64,000 nucleotides of DNA from a candidate division WOR-3 bacterium (GTDB taxonomy: Bacteria > Hydrothermota > Hydrothermia > LBFQ01), in assembly GCA_039802605.1 (NCBI GenBank), contig JBDRWW010000002.1:192001-256000 (forward strand), written 5' to 3'. Positions within the stretch are counted from its first letter, which is position 1. Every line of letters starts with the position of its first letter. Positions 10,522-20,763 of the stretch are shown one piece after another. Under the pieces are notes generated by a model. The model did no database searches. It saw nothing but the letters and a program-made list of their open reading frames with translations, and was not told where the DNA came from. A program made the translations under genes and the position numbers.

Positions 10522-11603
10522 GGATATCCATTGTAATGCCCTATTTCTTTAAGGAGGTTAGCGGGGGAGCGGAGAAGCAGGCCTATTTATTGGCAAAGTA
10601 TTTGGCAAAAGAGGGGTGTGATGTTTATTATTTGACATCGGGGAAGGGGGATGAGATGGTTGAAGGTATTAAAGTTTTAAGGGTTTTAAGGCTCCCCCAT
10701 ATTTTCCAATACCTTGAATATCCCAAAATCCTTATGCACCTGTTTGACCTGAACCCCGATATGGTTATAACCCGTATAAGGCATTATTATTTTCCCGTTT
10801 CCCTTTACGGTTTTTTATCCTTCAAACCTTCTATAATATTCATACCCGAAGATCGCATACCTCATCCCCTTTATGAAACCGAGAAGGTTTTTAAGAAAAG
10901 AATGAGCTTATTCAAGAAAATCTTGGCGGTTGCCAACTCACTTTTATTAGACCTTTTCGCTTATATCGGGATACTCATAAGTAAAAAGGTTGTGATCCAA
11001 AACGAAAAGCAGAGGGGGTTGATAAAGAAAATCTACGGAAAGGAATCCATAAAGATGCCTTCAATTTTTGAACCGGTTGAGTTAAAAGTGGAAGAAAAAA
11101 GGGGCGTATGTTGGGTTGGGAATCTAAGGGAGGAAAAGAGGCCGGAAATCTTCGTGCAGTTGGCGAAACTATTACCCGATGAGGTGTTCTATATGGTTGG
11201 AAGGATTTCGGAAAGGTATAAGGGTTCTTTCGGGAATCCAAAAAACTTAAAAATCCTTGGGGAATTGGAATACACGGAAGCCATTAAAGTAATGGCAAAA
11301 TCAAAGGTTTATGTGAATACATCTGTAAATGAAGGATTTCCCAATACCTTCTTGGAAAGTTGGTATTACAAAACCCTAATTATCGCTTTTGATGCAGACC
11401 CCGATGGGGTTATAGCGAAGGGTTTGGGGATAAAGGTTAAAACCTTGGATGAGGCCACAAGCGTAATAAAGGACTTCAACAAAAATCCGCAAAGGTATGA
11501 AAAAATTATCCAAAGGGCTTATAACTATGTTTTAGAAAACCATTTGCCCCAAAAGGTTATAGGGGTTTTTAAGGAAAGGGTTATGGGGCGAAATTGTAGG
11601 TAA
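10518..11603 (+). CDS. Glycosyltransferase family 4
   Basis: GGAE N-terminal motif; EGFPNTFLE (EX7E). Confidence 0.88.
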   Translation: MRISIVMPYFFKEVSGGAEKQAYLLAKYLAKEGCDVYYLTSGKGDEMVEGIKVLRVLRLPHIFQYLEYPKILMHLFDLNPDMVITRIRHYYFPVSLYGFLSFKPSIIFIPEDRIPHPLYETEKVFKKRMSLFKKILAVANSLLLDLFAYIGILISKKVVIQNEKQRGLIKKIYGKESIKMPSIFEPVELKVEEKRGVCWVGNLREEKRPEIFVQLAKLLPDEVFYMVGRISERYKGSFGNPKNLKILGELEYTEAIKVMAKSKVYVNTSVNEGFPNTFLESWYYKTLIIAFDADPDGVIAKGLGIKVKTLDEATSVIKDFNKNPQRYEKIIQRAYNYVLENHLPQKVIGVFKERVMGRNCR

Positions 11604-12891
11604 TTAGAATGTTTAAAATTAAGGCTATAATGTTCATAAATACCCCCATTCTCATCATATCCCTTAACCCAACGAGTTTAAAGGAATATACGAGCATATT
11701 GGGTGGGGTTGCGATGGGTAGGATAAAGGCCCCGGAAGCCGAAATGGCAACAACGGCGGCCAAAGCGGGGGCATCAAGGCCCATCCCTTGGGCAAAGGAA
11801 TAAGACAAAGGAAGGAGTATTGCGGATATGGAAGTGTTGGAAGCGAATTCCGTTAGGATTAGCACAAAAGCACTCCAAACCGCCACAAAAAACAAAGGGG
11901 GGAAACCTTTCAAACCGGAAAGGTAATTGAGTATAAGATCCGATAGTTTTCCCTTAACGATCATATCCGAAAGTGCAAAACCCCCTCCAAACAGCAGCAA
12001 AGCATCCCAAGGTATATCCTTTATATCATCCCAACCCATAAAACCCAAAACGAATAACAAAACACCGGAAAATATGGCAATCGTGGAATCGTCTGCCTTT
12101 AATCCAAAGGTTTTTTCCCATAAGGGCAAAGTTATCCACAAAATAGCCGTAATGATAAAGATAAACAGAACAGCCTTCCCCTTGGAATCCAAGGCAATGT
12201 CGTATGTTTTTACATCCACTTTTCGTATTGATAGTTTAAATACAAAGGATGAGAAAACTAAGAAAGCCGTTTCCAATAGCAATGAATAGGGTAATCCAAA
12301 CTTTAACCAATCCAAAAATGTTATCTCCAAACCGAAGTTTCGCAAAGTACCGGCGTATATTATGTTTGGAGGTGTTCCAACCAATGTGGCCATACCACCT
12401 ATGCTCGATGAATACGCCGCGGTAAAGGCTAGAGCCTTCAAAAGTGAGCCTACTTGTAATGACAAAATAAGGGGTATCATTATCATTGTGGTTGATGTGT
12501 TGCTTATCCACATTGATAAAAAGTATGTTGCCAAAGAAATACCGATAAATATTCCGAGTTCCGATTTTCCAAAAAGCCTTATGATGTTAGCAGCTAAAAA
12601 CCTATGTATGTTGTACTTTTCTATAGCCCTAGCGAGGATAAAGCCTCCCAAGAAAAGGAATATTGGGGACTTTGCATAGTTTAAAGATATTTCATTAGCG
12701 GGGGCTATACCAAACAATGGGGCAATTATTAAAGGCAAAAGGGCGGTTATTCCAAGGGGTATAACTTCGCTTATCCACCAAGATGCCATCCAAAAAATGG
12801 TTCCAATAACAACCGCCGCACTTCTATCCAAGGGTAATATTAAACATATTAAGAATGCCAAAGGCCCAAAAACGAATAACGGTTTGCGCAT
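11581..12891 (-). CDS. SLC13/DASS family Na+/dicarboxylate-sulfate symporter
   Basis: Two SNT motifs, GTPPN and ATPPN, about 12 TMs. Confidence 0.92.
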   Translation of the reverse strand: MRKPLFVFGPLAFLICLILPLDRSAAVVIGTIFWMASWWISEVIPLGITALLPLIIAPLFGIAPANEISLNYAKSPIFLFLGGFILARAIEKYNIHRFLAANIIRLFGKSELGIFIGISLATYFLSMWISNTSTTMIMIPLILSLQVGSLLKALAFTAAYSSSIGGMATLVGTPPNIIYAGTLRNFGLEITFLDWLKFGLPYSLLLETAFLVFSSFVFKLSIRKVDVKTYDIALDSKGKAVLFIFIITAILWITLPLWEKTFGLKADDSTIAIFSGVLLFVLGFMGWDDIKDIPWDALLLFGGGFALSDMIVKGKLSDLILNYLSGLKGFPPLFFVAVWSAFVLILTEFASNTSISAILLPLSYSFAQGMGLDAPALAAVVAISASGAFILPIATPPNMLVYSFKLVGLRDMMRMGVFMNIIALILNILITYNFAP

Positions 12892-13901
12892 TATTTTCTC
12901 AAATAAACCGTGCGAATTGGGAAAGGTATTTCTATACCTTCTTCTTTAAACCTTTCGTATATTTTATTTCTTATCTCCGTGGCACATTCCCTCCAAGAGA
13001 GCCTATCCTTTGCGCCAAACCTAACGGTAAATATAAGGGCAAAGTCCGCAAAATCGTCAAACCAAACCTTCGGTTCAAAGGTTTTATCAAACCCTTCAAA
13101 GTTTTCCATATCCTTTAATATTCCGTACAATATATCGCGAACCCTCCTCGGATCGCTTTCATAAGATACGCCTATTTTTATATCCCCAATGTATGCGGGT
13201 GTGGGTTTGTTAAAGTTCAAAAAAATCGAATTTATTATCTGCGTGTTCGGAATGTATATGAGGTTGTTGTTATAATCCCGTATAACTGTGGAATAAACCC
13301 CTATATCCACAACCTCACCGGTATATCCGCCAACACTTATAACATCCCCAACCTCCACCCTCTTTGAAGATGTTATATATATTCCAGAAAATAGGTTTGA
13401 TAAAAGAGGCTGTAATGCCAGGGCTACCGCCAAACCACCTATCCCCAAGGCGGTTAGCAATGGAGCGATTTGAACACCAATAGAGTTTAGACCAAACAAT
13501 AATCCGAGAAGAAATATGCCCCATTTTGCGGTTATATCTATTATCGTTGATTTAACTTGAATTTGGTATTCAATGAATAAACTTAACAAATTTCCAGCCG
13601 TGTAAGATATGGACGAGATTAAAAGTAAAATAAAAGCCTTTTGCAGGAAAACATTAAAGCTATGCCCCAAATATTCCCCAAACAGCCTCATGGATATGTA
13701 TATTCCCAAAACCACAAACCATAAAACTACGGATAACCTAAGGGCTCTATACACATTGTAAAACAGGTTTTCTTTACCTTTTAAAGCCTTTAAAAGTATA
13801 TACCTTACCCCAATGGAAACAAAAATGCCAAGGATTAGGAAGGATATAATTATGATTGCGGATATTACAAGGGGATGTTTTACAAGTGCCATATCAACCA
13901 T
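12891..13901 (-). CDS. Small-conductance mechanosensitive channel (MscS family)
   Basis: GIGGLAVALALQ..LSN..SG, VGD, IPN, GIEIPFP. Confidence 0.92.
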   Translation of the reverse strand: MVDMALVKHPLVISAIIIISFLILGIFVSIGVRYILLKALKGKENLFYNVYRALRLSVVLWFVVLGIYISMRLFGEYLGHSFNVFLQKAFILLLISSISYTAGNLLSLFIEYQIQVKSTIIDITAKWGIFLLGLLFGLNSIGVQIAPLLTALGIGGLAVALALQPLLSNLFSGIYITSSKRVEVGDVISVGGYTGEVVDIGVYSTVIRDYNNNLIYIPNTQIINSIFLNFNKPTPAYIGDIKIGVSYESDPRRVRDILYGILKDMENFEGFDKTFEPKVWFDDFADFALIFTVRFGAKDRLSWRECATEIRNKIYERFKEEGIEIPFPIRTVYLRK

Positions 13902-14320
13902 CCCAAAATACCTCCTAGCAATGCCCCGGTTAGGACCTCAAGGGGTGTATGCCCCAAAAGTTCCTTTAATCTTATATCCGATACCGGATGACCGCGAAGG
14001 AGTTCGTCAAGGATTATGTTTAAAATCTTGGCCTGCTCCCCAGCCGCCCTCCTAACACCCGCGGCGTCGTACATAACAATTATGCTGAAAAAGGCGACAA
14101 CTCCAAACATTATGCTGTCAAAACCCTCGGATAAGCCAACCATAATACTCAATGCCGAAACCGATGCGGCATGGGAAGAGGGTAATCCGCCCATATCCAC
14201 GAGCCTTTTTATATCAAGTTTTTTGTATTTTACAACGGATACCAAAACTTTTAAAACTTGGGTAATGAACGCAACGGTTATAGGCCCCCATAGAAATTTA
14301 TTGGCTAAGAGGGCCTTCAC
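13880..14320 (-). CDS. Divergent PAP2 family protein (DUF212)
   Basis: GGLPSSH, VMYDAAGVRR, LGHTPLEV. Confidence 0.93.
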   Translation of the reverse strand: MKALLANKFLWGPITVAFITQVLKVLVSVVKYKKLDIKRLVDMGGLPSSHAASVSALSIMVGLSEGFDSIMFGVVAFFSIIVMYDAAGVRRAAGEQAKILNIILDELLRGHPVSDIRLKELLGHTPLEVLTGALLGGILGWLIWHL

Positions 14321-14843
14321 TTCCCCTTGAAAGTATATACGATATTACCGCTAACGCGGTAAAGAATACAATTACGGCAATTATACCGAAAGAGGAAACG
14401 AATGTCATTACAAAGCCGGCCGTTATAACCCCTAGGGTAATGGCAAATAGGGAATGTTTGAAATCCATGTTAAATACTTCCGCCACCAAGGAACCCGTCC
14501 AAGCCCCAGTTCCGGGTAAGGGAATGGCCACAAAGAGGTACAATCCCAAGAGTTTTAACCTCGCAATGGAAACCCCTTTTCTCCTCGCCCTATCGTATAA
14601 GAATTCAAAGAATTTCTTGGTTATTCTCCACCTACCCGTGAATATCGCTATGGGTCTTAACAGGATTAACAAGAAGGGTACGGGTAGTAAGTTGCCCAGT
14701 ATGCCCAAAACCAGGGTTTTCCATAGGGGTAAGTTGTAGTGTAAAATACCAAGGGGTATGGCACCCCTTAATTCAAAAATTGGTAAGGATGCCACCAAAA
14801 AGACGACGAGTTCCGGAGGGAGGTTTTTAAAAACCTCAACCAA
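14298..14843 (-). CDS. Small multi-drug export family protein (COG2426)
   Basis: PIFELRGAIP, FVAIPLPGTGAWTG. Confidence 0.9.
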   Translation of the reverse strand: MVEVFKNLPPELVVFLVASLPIFELRGAIPLGILHYNLPLWKTLVLGILGNLLPVPFLLILLRPIAIFTGRWRITKKFFEFLYDRARRKGVSIARLKLLGLYLFVAIPLPGTGAWTGSLVAEVFNMDFKHSLFAITLGVITAGFVMTFVSSFGIIAVIVFFTALAVISYILSRGSEGPLSQ

Positions 14844-15123
14844 TCTCCTCTACCCTTGCTACGGTATATTTCTGCGTATGGAAGTACATCCTGCGGTAGT
14901 TGTTTTTCCTTTTCATTTTAAAGACTATAAGGTTTTCTTCCTTTTCCCCCAAAACCTTTAGCTTAGCCTTTTTCCTCTCAAAGGAAACCTTATCACCCTC
15001 CACGCTCATAATAACATCCGCCTCAAAAACTTCCCCCTCCTTCAAACCCAAATTCGGCACGATAACCTTTTGCCCCCTTTTAACCGGTATTTGAAAGCCT
15101 TTAACCTTTATTACCGCCTCCAT
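14836..15123 (-). CDS. rplU: 50S ribosomal protein L21 (divergent)
   Basis: AVIKVKGFQ..V, VFKMKRKNNYRR..HTQKYT; SD AGGAGG upstream. Confidence 0.85.
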   Translation of the reverse strand: MEAVIKVKGFQIPVKRGQKVIVPNLGLKEGEVFEADVIMSVEGDKVSFERKKAKLKVLGEKEENLIVFKMKRKNNYRRMYFHTQKYTVARVEEIG

Positions 15124-15137
15124 CTTTTACCTCCTTT

Positions 15138-16865
15138 TTACTGCTTTAACCTTGCAACCGCCTTTAAAGCCCTAGGATTGTTTTTATCGTATTTTAAAAC
15201 CATTTCCCAAGTTTCAAGAGCCTTTTGCCTATCACCGGCATTTTCATAAGACATGGCTTTCCTTTCAAGTTGTGCCAACTGTTGGTACCTCTTTGCTGTA
15301 TAATCCTTAGGATTTTCGGAAATTATTTCCGTCGCAAGTCTTAAAGTTGTGGTTAAATCCCCGTTCTTATAGGCCTCTATCATCTGCGTCCTCTTGTCAA
15401 TGGTCCCCGTATTTAAACTTATTGTGGGTTGGGGTTGATCTAAGGATATATCAAGTTTTGGCAGGTTTATGGATACTTCCGAAGAAAGCTTTGGCCCCTC
15501 GGATAATTTTATGGATGTGGTTGTGGGAGACTTTACGGTTTCTTCCTTGGTTTCTTGTGTTTTCGTTTCTTCCTTCTGTTTCTTTATTTCCATAACCTTT
15601 GTTTGATATATTTTCTTAACGGTCTCTACCTTAACCGGCGCTTTTCTACTGGACAAGCCTTCAATGGTGGTTTTTAATGCTAGCAATTCTTCATTCTCCG
15701 GATCGCTTTCAAGGGCAGACTCTATTAAAACCAGCGCCTTCTTATACTCCCCCTGTTGTATCAAAGCCTTTGCGATTTCAACATTTTGTATAGCAGAAAG
15801 CCTATTGGTTATAGGCGCATATATTTCGTTAAACAAAAGCCTATCCCCCAAAATCGGCCTTACTTTATCCAGCTTTTCTACGGCTCCCTCCAACTTACCC
15901 TCTTTCGCAAGTTTTTGGGCATCAACCACCTCCTTCCAAGCTTTTGCAAGGCTGTCGGCCTTCTTTATATAATCTTCCGCCTGCTTAATGGATTTGTCCA
16001 AACTCAAAGCCTTTTGGGCATAGGTTTTTACGAGGGTGTAATTCTCATATATCTTTTTCGGATCACTTTCGTTTTCCGCTGCCGTAAATGTCGATATGGC
16101 CAAACTCAAAGAACTCTGGGCCTCGTTTTTGCGCTGGTTTATGTAGAGGAAAGTAGATGTCCCAATTATTACAAGGAGTATAACCCCCACGGCGGCAAAG
16201 ATCCACCTCGTAGGGGCCTGTTTAACCATTAGTTCCGTTTCGGGTTTTTCGGCCGGATTTACATACAAAAGCGTCATCCTGCCGACTTTTAATATATCCC
16301 CACTCTTCAACCTCGTCCTTTCCTTTAAAACCTTTCCGTTTAAAAGCGTGGGATTTGTTTGGCTTAGGTTTTCAACCTCAACTATATCGCCCAAGAAATG
16401 TATCATAAGGTGTTTTCTGGATGTATGGGGGTCTTCTACCTTATATTCAACTCCTTCTTCCCTGCCGAGGATTCCCGACGAGAATATCTCTATTACGCTC
16501 CCGGCGCCAGGTCCGCTTATTATCTTAAAATACGGGGGTTCTTCGGCTTCAAGGAATTGGGTGGGTTGGCTTGTGGTCGTGGGCTGAGGCGCCTCCAAAA
16601 CCTCCAACTTCATCTTACCGGCTATATCCAATTCCAAACCGGGTACGAGTTCTATTTCCTTTATATCCTTTAAATCTCTTGTAGAAATCCCATGCCCCAA
16701 AGCCTTTAGAACAATTGCATCCCCGCGCTTGTCTATAACCGCATACTCCGTAGGTAATCCTATTATGAAAAGGTCGCTTTTTACAGAACCCCCTATCACA
16801 AAGGGAAACTTGTTTATGGTAATAACCTTCTCCCTATTACCAATTAAAACCCTTATCCTTATCAT
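15138..16865 (-). CDS. FHA-domain membrane protein with extracytoplasmic TPR repeats
   Basis: Degenerate N-terminal FHA-like region, then canonical FHA (GR...SRKH...N.T.LNG), TM helix, TPR-like helices. Confidence 0.82.
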   Translation of the reverse strand: MIRIRVLIGNREKVITINKFPFVIGGSVKSDLFIIGLPTEYAVIDKRGDAIVLKALGHGISTRDLKDIKEIELVPGLELDIAGKMKLEVLEAPQPTTTSQPTQFLEAEEPPYFKIISGPGAGSVIEIFSSGILGREEGVEYKVEDPHTSRKHLMIHFLGDIVEVENLSQTNPTLLNGKVLKERTRLKSGDILKVGRMTLLYVNPAEKPETELMVKQAPTRWIFAAVGVILLVIIGTSTFLYINQRKNEAQSSLSLAISTFTAAENESDPKKIYENYTLVKTYAQKALSLDKSIKQAEDYIKKADSLAKAWKEVVDAQKLAKEGKLEGAVEKLDKVRPILGDRLLFNEIYAPITNRLSAIQNVEIAKALIQQGEYKKALVLIESALESDPENEELLALKTTIEGLSSRKAPVKVETVKKIYQTKVMEIKKQKEETKTQETKEETVKSPTTTSIKLSEGPKLSSEVSINLPKLDISLDQPQPTISLNTGTIDKRTQMIEAYKNGDLTTTLRLATEIISENPKDYTAKRYQQLAQLERKAMSYENAGDRQKALETWEMVLKYDKNNPRALKAVARLKQ

Positions 16866-16867
16866 TC

Positions 16868-17473
16868 TTAAATTGTGCCCGCAAATTCCTCAATTTTTTT
16901 GGCAAGCGATAGTATTTCACCCCTGACACGAACCTTTATTTCCTCCAACTTGGATAGTATCTCATCCCTCTGCCTTTCCACCTCTTGCAAATTCTTCTTA
17001 GCATCCTCAACCTCTCTCTTTATTTCTTCCAATTCTTTCTTGGCATTCCTCAAAATTTCCTCGGCTTCCCTTTTCTTTTCCTCTATCATCCTATCACCCG
17101 CATCTTTTGCCGCTTTTAATATTTCCGTCGCCAAAATTTCCTCGGGTATATCCTCCCACTTTAATCCCCCCTTATCACCTTTGGATTTCTTTAATTCTTC
17201 GTTTTCCCTTTTAAGCCTCTCCAATTCTTCCCTTAACCTCTGATTTTCCTCGCTTAACTGTTCTATTTGTACTTCCAGCATCGTGGTATCTCCGGTGGTT
17301 TCCGACCCGGCACTTTCCAATTTCTTCTCCAACTCCTCCACATATTTCGCCACCTGATTTAAAAAATCCCTAACCTCATCCGGGTCATAACCCTTTTTAC
17401 CCAAACCCCCCACAAATGTAAATTCCTGTAATCTTATCGACGATGCGGATAACTTTTTATTTTTCTGGGTCAT
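16868..17473 (-). CDS. DivIVA domain coiled-coil protein
   Basis: F....KGYDPDEVRDFL DivIVA motif followed by a long coiled coil. Confidence 0.88.
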   Translation of the reverse strand: MTQKNKKLSASSIRLQEFTFVGGLGKKGYDPDEVRDFLNQVAKYVEELEKKLESAGSETTGDTTMLEVQIEQLSEENQRLREELERLKRENEELKKSKGDKGGLKWEDIPEEILATEILKAAKDAGDRMIEEKKREAEEILRNAKKELEEIKREVEDAKKNLQEVERQRDEILSKLEEIKVRVRGEILSLAKKIEEFAGTI

Positions 17474-17545
17474 TATGCGGGTATTATAAGGTTGAAAGAA
17501 AACTTTTGTATGGACAAATTAAACATCCTTAGAATACTAACTTCT

Positions 17546-17986
17546 ATGAAAAGGGGCATATTTTTTATTCCCTTGCTTTTAACTTTTGTTTTTTGTGGGG
17601 ATAAGAAGGAAGAAGGTAAATCCCAAACAAAGGAGGAAAAGCCCACGCAAACCGCTCAGGTTAATGTTGAATTTCCCGAGGAGTGGCCTCAGTTAAAACC
17701 GGATTTGGCCGCAAAAGGTGAGAAGTTATTTCTCCAAAAGGGTTGCAATGCCTGCCATACCATAGGCAAAGGTAAATTGGTGGGTCCGGATTTAAAGGGT
17801 TTAAACCAACGGGTTAGTTTTAAATGGGCCGCGCATATGATCTTAAATCCCGATTCTATGCTTAAATACGACCAAAGGGCAAAGCAACTTTTGAAAGAGC
17901 ACGGGACACCTATGACAAACCAAAATGTAAAACCGGATGAGGCGGTGGCTATATTGCATTATATTTTAAGGGAAAGCCAGAAATAA
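17546..17986 (+). CDS. Monoheme class I cytochrome c, probable lipoprotein
   Basis: CNACH, VGPDL, distal Met (PMTNQ); start revised to ATG 17546 (MKRGIFF signal peptide). Confidence 0.88.
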   Translation: MKRGIFFIPLLLTFVFCGDKKEEGKSQTKEEKPTQTAQVNVEFPEEWPQLKPDLAAKGEKLFLQKGCNACHTIGKGKLVGPDLKGLNQRVSFKWAAHMILNPDSMLKYDQRAKQLLKEHGTPMTNQNVKPDEAVAILHYILRESQK

Positions 17987-18019
17987 GTAATAAACACAAC
18001 GGGTATATAATATCCAGTT

Positions 18020-18274
18020 ATGGCGAGCAAGAAAGCCGGCGGTTCCACAAAAAACGGAAGGGATAGCAACCCAAAATACCTGGGTGTTAAGAGGTTTGGG
18101 GGTCAGTTGGTACAAAAGGGTGAGGTTATAATCAGGCAGAGGGGGACAAAAATACACCCAGGTTATGGTGTAGGTATGGGTTCGGATTTTACGATATACG
18201 CGCTAATAGACGGGGTTGTCAAGTTCCACGAGAAAAAGGGGAGGAAATTTGTATCCGTTGTACCCATAGATTAG
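18020..18274 (+). CDS. rpmA: 50S ribosomal protein L27
   Basis: [29 protein letters not shown]. Confidence 0.98.
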   Translation: MASKKAGGSTKNGRDSNPKYLGVKRFGGQLVQKGEVIIRQRGTKIHPGYGVGMGSDFTIYALIDGVVKFHEKKGRKFVSVVPID

Positions 18275-18780
18275 TAGTATTAGCGTTATTACTTACGGGC
18301 TGCAAGAACATATTTTTACCAAAAACCGTAGATGTAAATGGTTTGTATTACGAACCTATAACCCCAGAGTATGTTGTAAAAAACCTTGAAACGGCCTATA
18401 AATTGGAAGATATTGAAAAATACAAAGAGTGCCTTGATAAAGACAGCTTCAAATTCTATTTTGACCCATCCCAAAGCGATATAAAGGATATTTTAAGGGA
18501 TAGGTGGGGAATAGACAGCCTTTCTTGGGGATACAACGAAGAAATAACATCCGCTCAAAGGATATTTGATTATGCGTCTAACATCGTTTTAAACATAATA
18601 AACGGTTCCCCAATATACAAATCCGAGAGTTTGGAGGTTTGGATATGGGATTATTACCTAAAAATTGAACCCCCATTTGAAGGGCAGGGAGAAGCCATAG
18701 GCAAAGCGGTATTTACATTTGTAAAGAGGGGAGATTACTGGTATATAAGGCTATGGCAGGATTACAAATCCGGAATGTAG
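18253..18780 (+). CDS. Hypothetical lipoprotein (possible NTF2-like fold), probable non-canonical start
   Basis: Frame of ORF 18343-18780 extends upstream through a lipobox ([12 protein letters not shown]); best-placed start is ATC 18253, 8 nt after GGAGG. Confidence 0.6.
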   Translation: MRCTHRLVVLALLLTGCKNIFLPKTVDVNGLYYEPITPEYVVKNLETAYKLEDIEKYKECLDKDSFKFYFDPSQSDIKDILRDRWGIDSLSWGYNEEITSAQRIFDYASNIVLNIINGSPIYKSESLEVWIWDYYLKIEPPFEGQGEAIGKAVFTFVKRGDYWYIRLWQDYKSGM

Positions 18781-19757
18781 GTATTATAGGGGGAGGGGCT
18801 TGGGGTTTAACATTGGCAAACCTTTTGAGTGATAACGGATTAAATGTTTTGGTTTGGGATAGGAATCTCCAAAGGGTGAAAACGTTAAAGGAACAACATC
18901 TTGACCCAGAAAGGCTTCCCGGAATAGTTTTAAACAAGGGTATAGATTTTACCAACAACTTAGCGGAACTCTCGGGTTTTGATATACACATACTAGCCGT
19001 AAAATCGGAAGCGGTTGGGGAAATGACGGAAAAGTTGAAGGATTTGGATATAAAAATATTAATAAGTGCTATAAAGGGCTTTGTGGGAAACGGAATAAAA
19101 ACTATAACCGAGCATTTGAAGGAAAATTTAAAAGGCGTCGAAATATTTGCCCTCGGTGGGCCATCAATAGCCTTGGAGGTATGCAAAAAAATCCCAACAT
19201 CCGTGGTTTTGGCGGGAGAAAACGAAAATATAATGGAGGAAATTCAGAAAAAGTTTTCAAACGATTATTTTAGGGTTTATAGAAATACGGATATAATAGG
19301 GGTGGAATTTGCCGGGGCTTTAAAGAATATAATAGCAATTGCGGCCGGAATATGCGATGGTTTGGGTTTGGGGGAAAACTCAAAGGGAGCTTTATTAACG
19401 AGGGGGATATACGAGATGGCCAGGTTTGGTATAAAGTTCGGTGCAAGGATGGAAACATTTTTCGGATTGGCGGGTCTTGGAGATGTTATAACCACGAGTT
19501 TTTCAAAGAATTCAAGGAATAGGTATGTGGGGGAAATGTTGGGTAAGGGTTATACGATTGAGGAGATATTAAAAGGTATGGTTATGGTTGCAGAGGGGGT
19601 TAGAACGGCCTTTCTGGTTAGGGAGGAGGCCGATAAATTGGGGATAGAAATGCCTATAACGGAGGGGGTTTGTAGGGTTATAGAGGGTAAGAATAAACCA
19701 AACGAAATAATATACAAACTCATGACGAGGGAATTGAAGAGGGAGTTTTATGTATGA
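18753..19757 (+). CDS. gpsA: NAD(P)H-dependent glycerol-3-phosphate dehydrogenase
   Basis: GGGAWG, GGPS.A.EV, GALKN, GLAGLGD, SRNR, AEG. Confidence 0.96.
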   Translation: MAGLQIRNVGIIGGGAWGLTLANLLSDNGLNVLVWDRNLQRVKTLKEQHLDPERLPGIVLNKGIDFTNNLAELSGFDIHILAVKSEAVGEMTEKLKDLDIKILISAIKGFVGNGIKTITEHLKENLKGVEIFALGGPSIALEVCKKIPTSVVLAGENENIMEEIQKKFSNDYFRVYRNTDIIGVEFAGALKNIIAIAAGICDGLGLGENSKGALLTRGIYEMARFGIKFGARMETFFGLAGLGDVITTSFSKNSRNRYVGEMLGKGYTIEEILKGMVMVAEGVRTAFLVREEADKLGIEMPITEGVCRVIEGKNKPNEIIYKLMTRELKREFYV

Positions 19758-20740
19758 GCAACAGCGTTATAGAGGCAAAGAACCTTACGAAGGTTTATAG
19801 GGTATCGATTAAAGAAGGTGGATTTTTGGAAAGCTTAAAAAGGGTTTTCAAAAGGGAATATAGGGATATAGTTGCGGTTAATGGGGTATCTTTTAGCATA
19901 AATGAGGGGGAAATTGTGGGGTTTTTGGGGCCAAACGGTGCCGGAAAAACCACAACATTAAAAATGCTAACCGGATTGATTTACCCAACATCGGGATATA
20001 TCAATGTTTTGGGGTTTAAACCCTTTGAAAGGAAGAAGGAGTTCTTGAAAAGTATTACCCTTGTTATGGGGCAAAAGCAACAGCTAATCTGGGACTTACC
20101 CCCTATGGATACGTTTGAGATAAACGCCGCCATATACGATATACCGAAGGAAGTTTTTAAAAAGCGGGTTTATGAACTTTCGGAAATGCTTTCGATAACG
20201 CATATACTAAACCAACCCGTAAGAAAACTCTCCTTGGGTGAAAGGATGAAGGCCGAGCTTGTGGCCGCCTTAATACACTCACCCAAAATATTATTCCTTG
20301 ACGAACCCACCATTGGGCTTGATGTAAATGCTCAGGTTTCCATAAGGGAGTTTTTAAGGGAGTACAACGAAAGGTTTAAGGCTACAATAATTTTAACGAG
20401 TCATTACATGGCGGACATAGAAGCCTTATGCGATAGGGTAATGGTAATCCATAGGGGAAATCTTATATTTGACGGGGATTTATACGACCTTCTTGAAAGG
20501 GTTGACCCGCACAAGGAGATAACCGTTGAACTGAAAAGGCATGTACCATTGTATGAGTTAAAGAAGTTTGGGGAGATAAGGGAGATTGAGGGCCTTGAGG
20601 TTAAGTTCATAGTGAATAGGGATGAGGTTTTTAAAAAGATTGGCGAAATAATTATGAATTTACCCGTTAGCGATTTGAGTATTACGGATCCACCCATTGA
20701 AAATGTAATATCCAAGGTGTTTTTAAACCCCGATGTTTAA
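19754..20740 (+). CDS. ABC-2 type exporter ATP-binding protein (COG4586-like)
   Basis: GPNGAGKTT, LSLGERMK, LDEPTIGLD. Confidence 0.9.
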   Translation: MSNSVIEAKNLTKVYRVSIKEGGFLESLKRVFKREYRDIVAVNGVSFSINEGEIVGFLGPNGAGKTTTLKMLTGLIYPTSGYINVLGFKPFERKKEFLKSITLVMGQKQQLIWDLPPMDTFEINAAIYDIPKEVFKKRVYELSEMLSITHILNQPVRKLSLGERMKAELVAALIHSPKILFLDEPTIGLDVNAQVSIREFLREYNERFKATIILTSHYMADIEALCDRVMVIHRGNLIFDGDLYDLLERVDPHKEITVELKRHVPLYELKKFGEIREIEGLEVKFIVNRDEVFKKIGEIIMNLPVSDLSITDPPIENVISKVFLNPDV

Positions 20741-20763
20741 ACTTCCACTTTAAAATATCCGCT

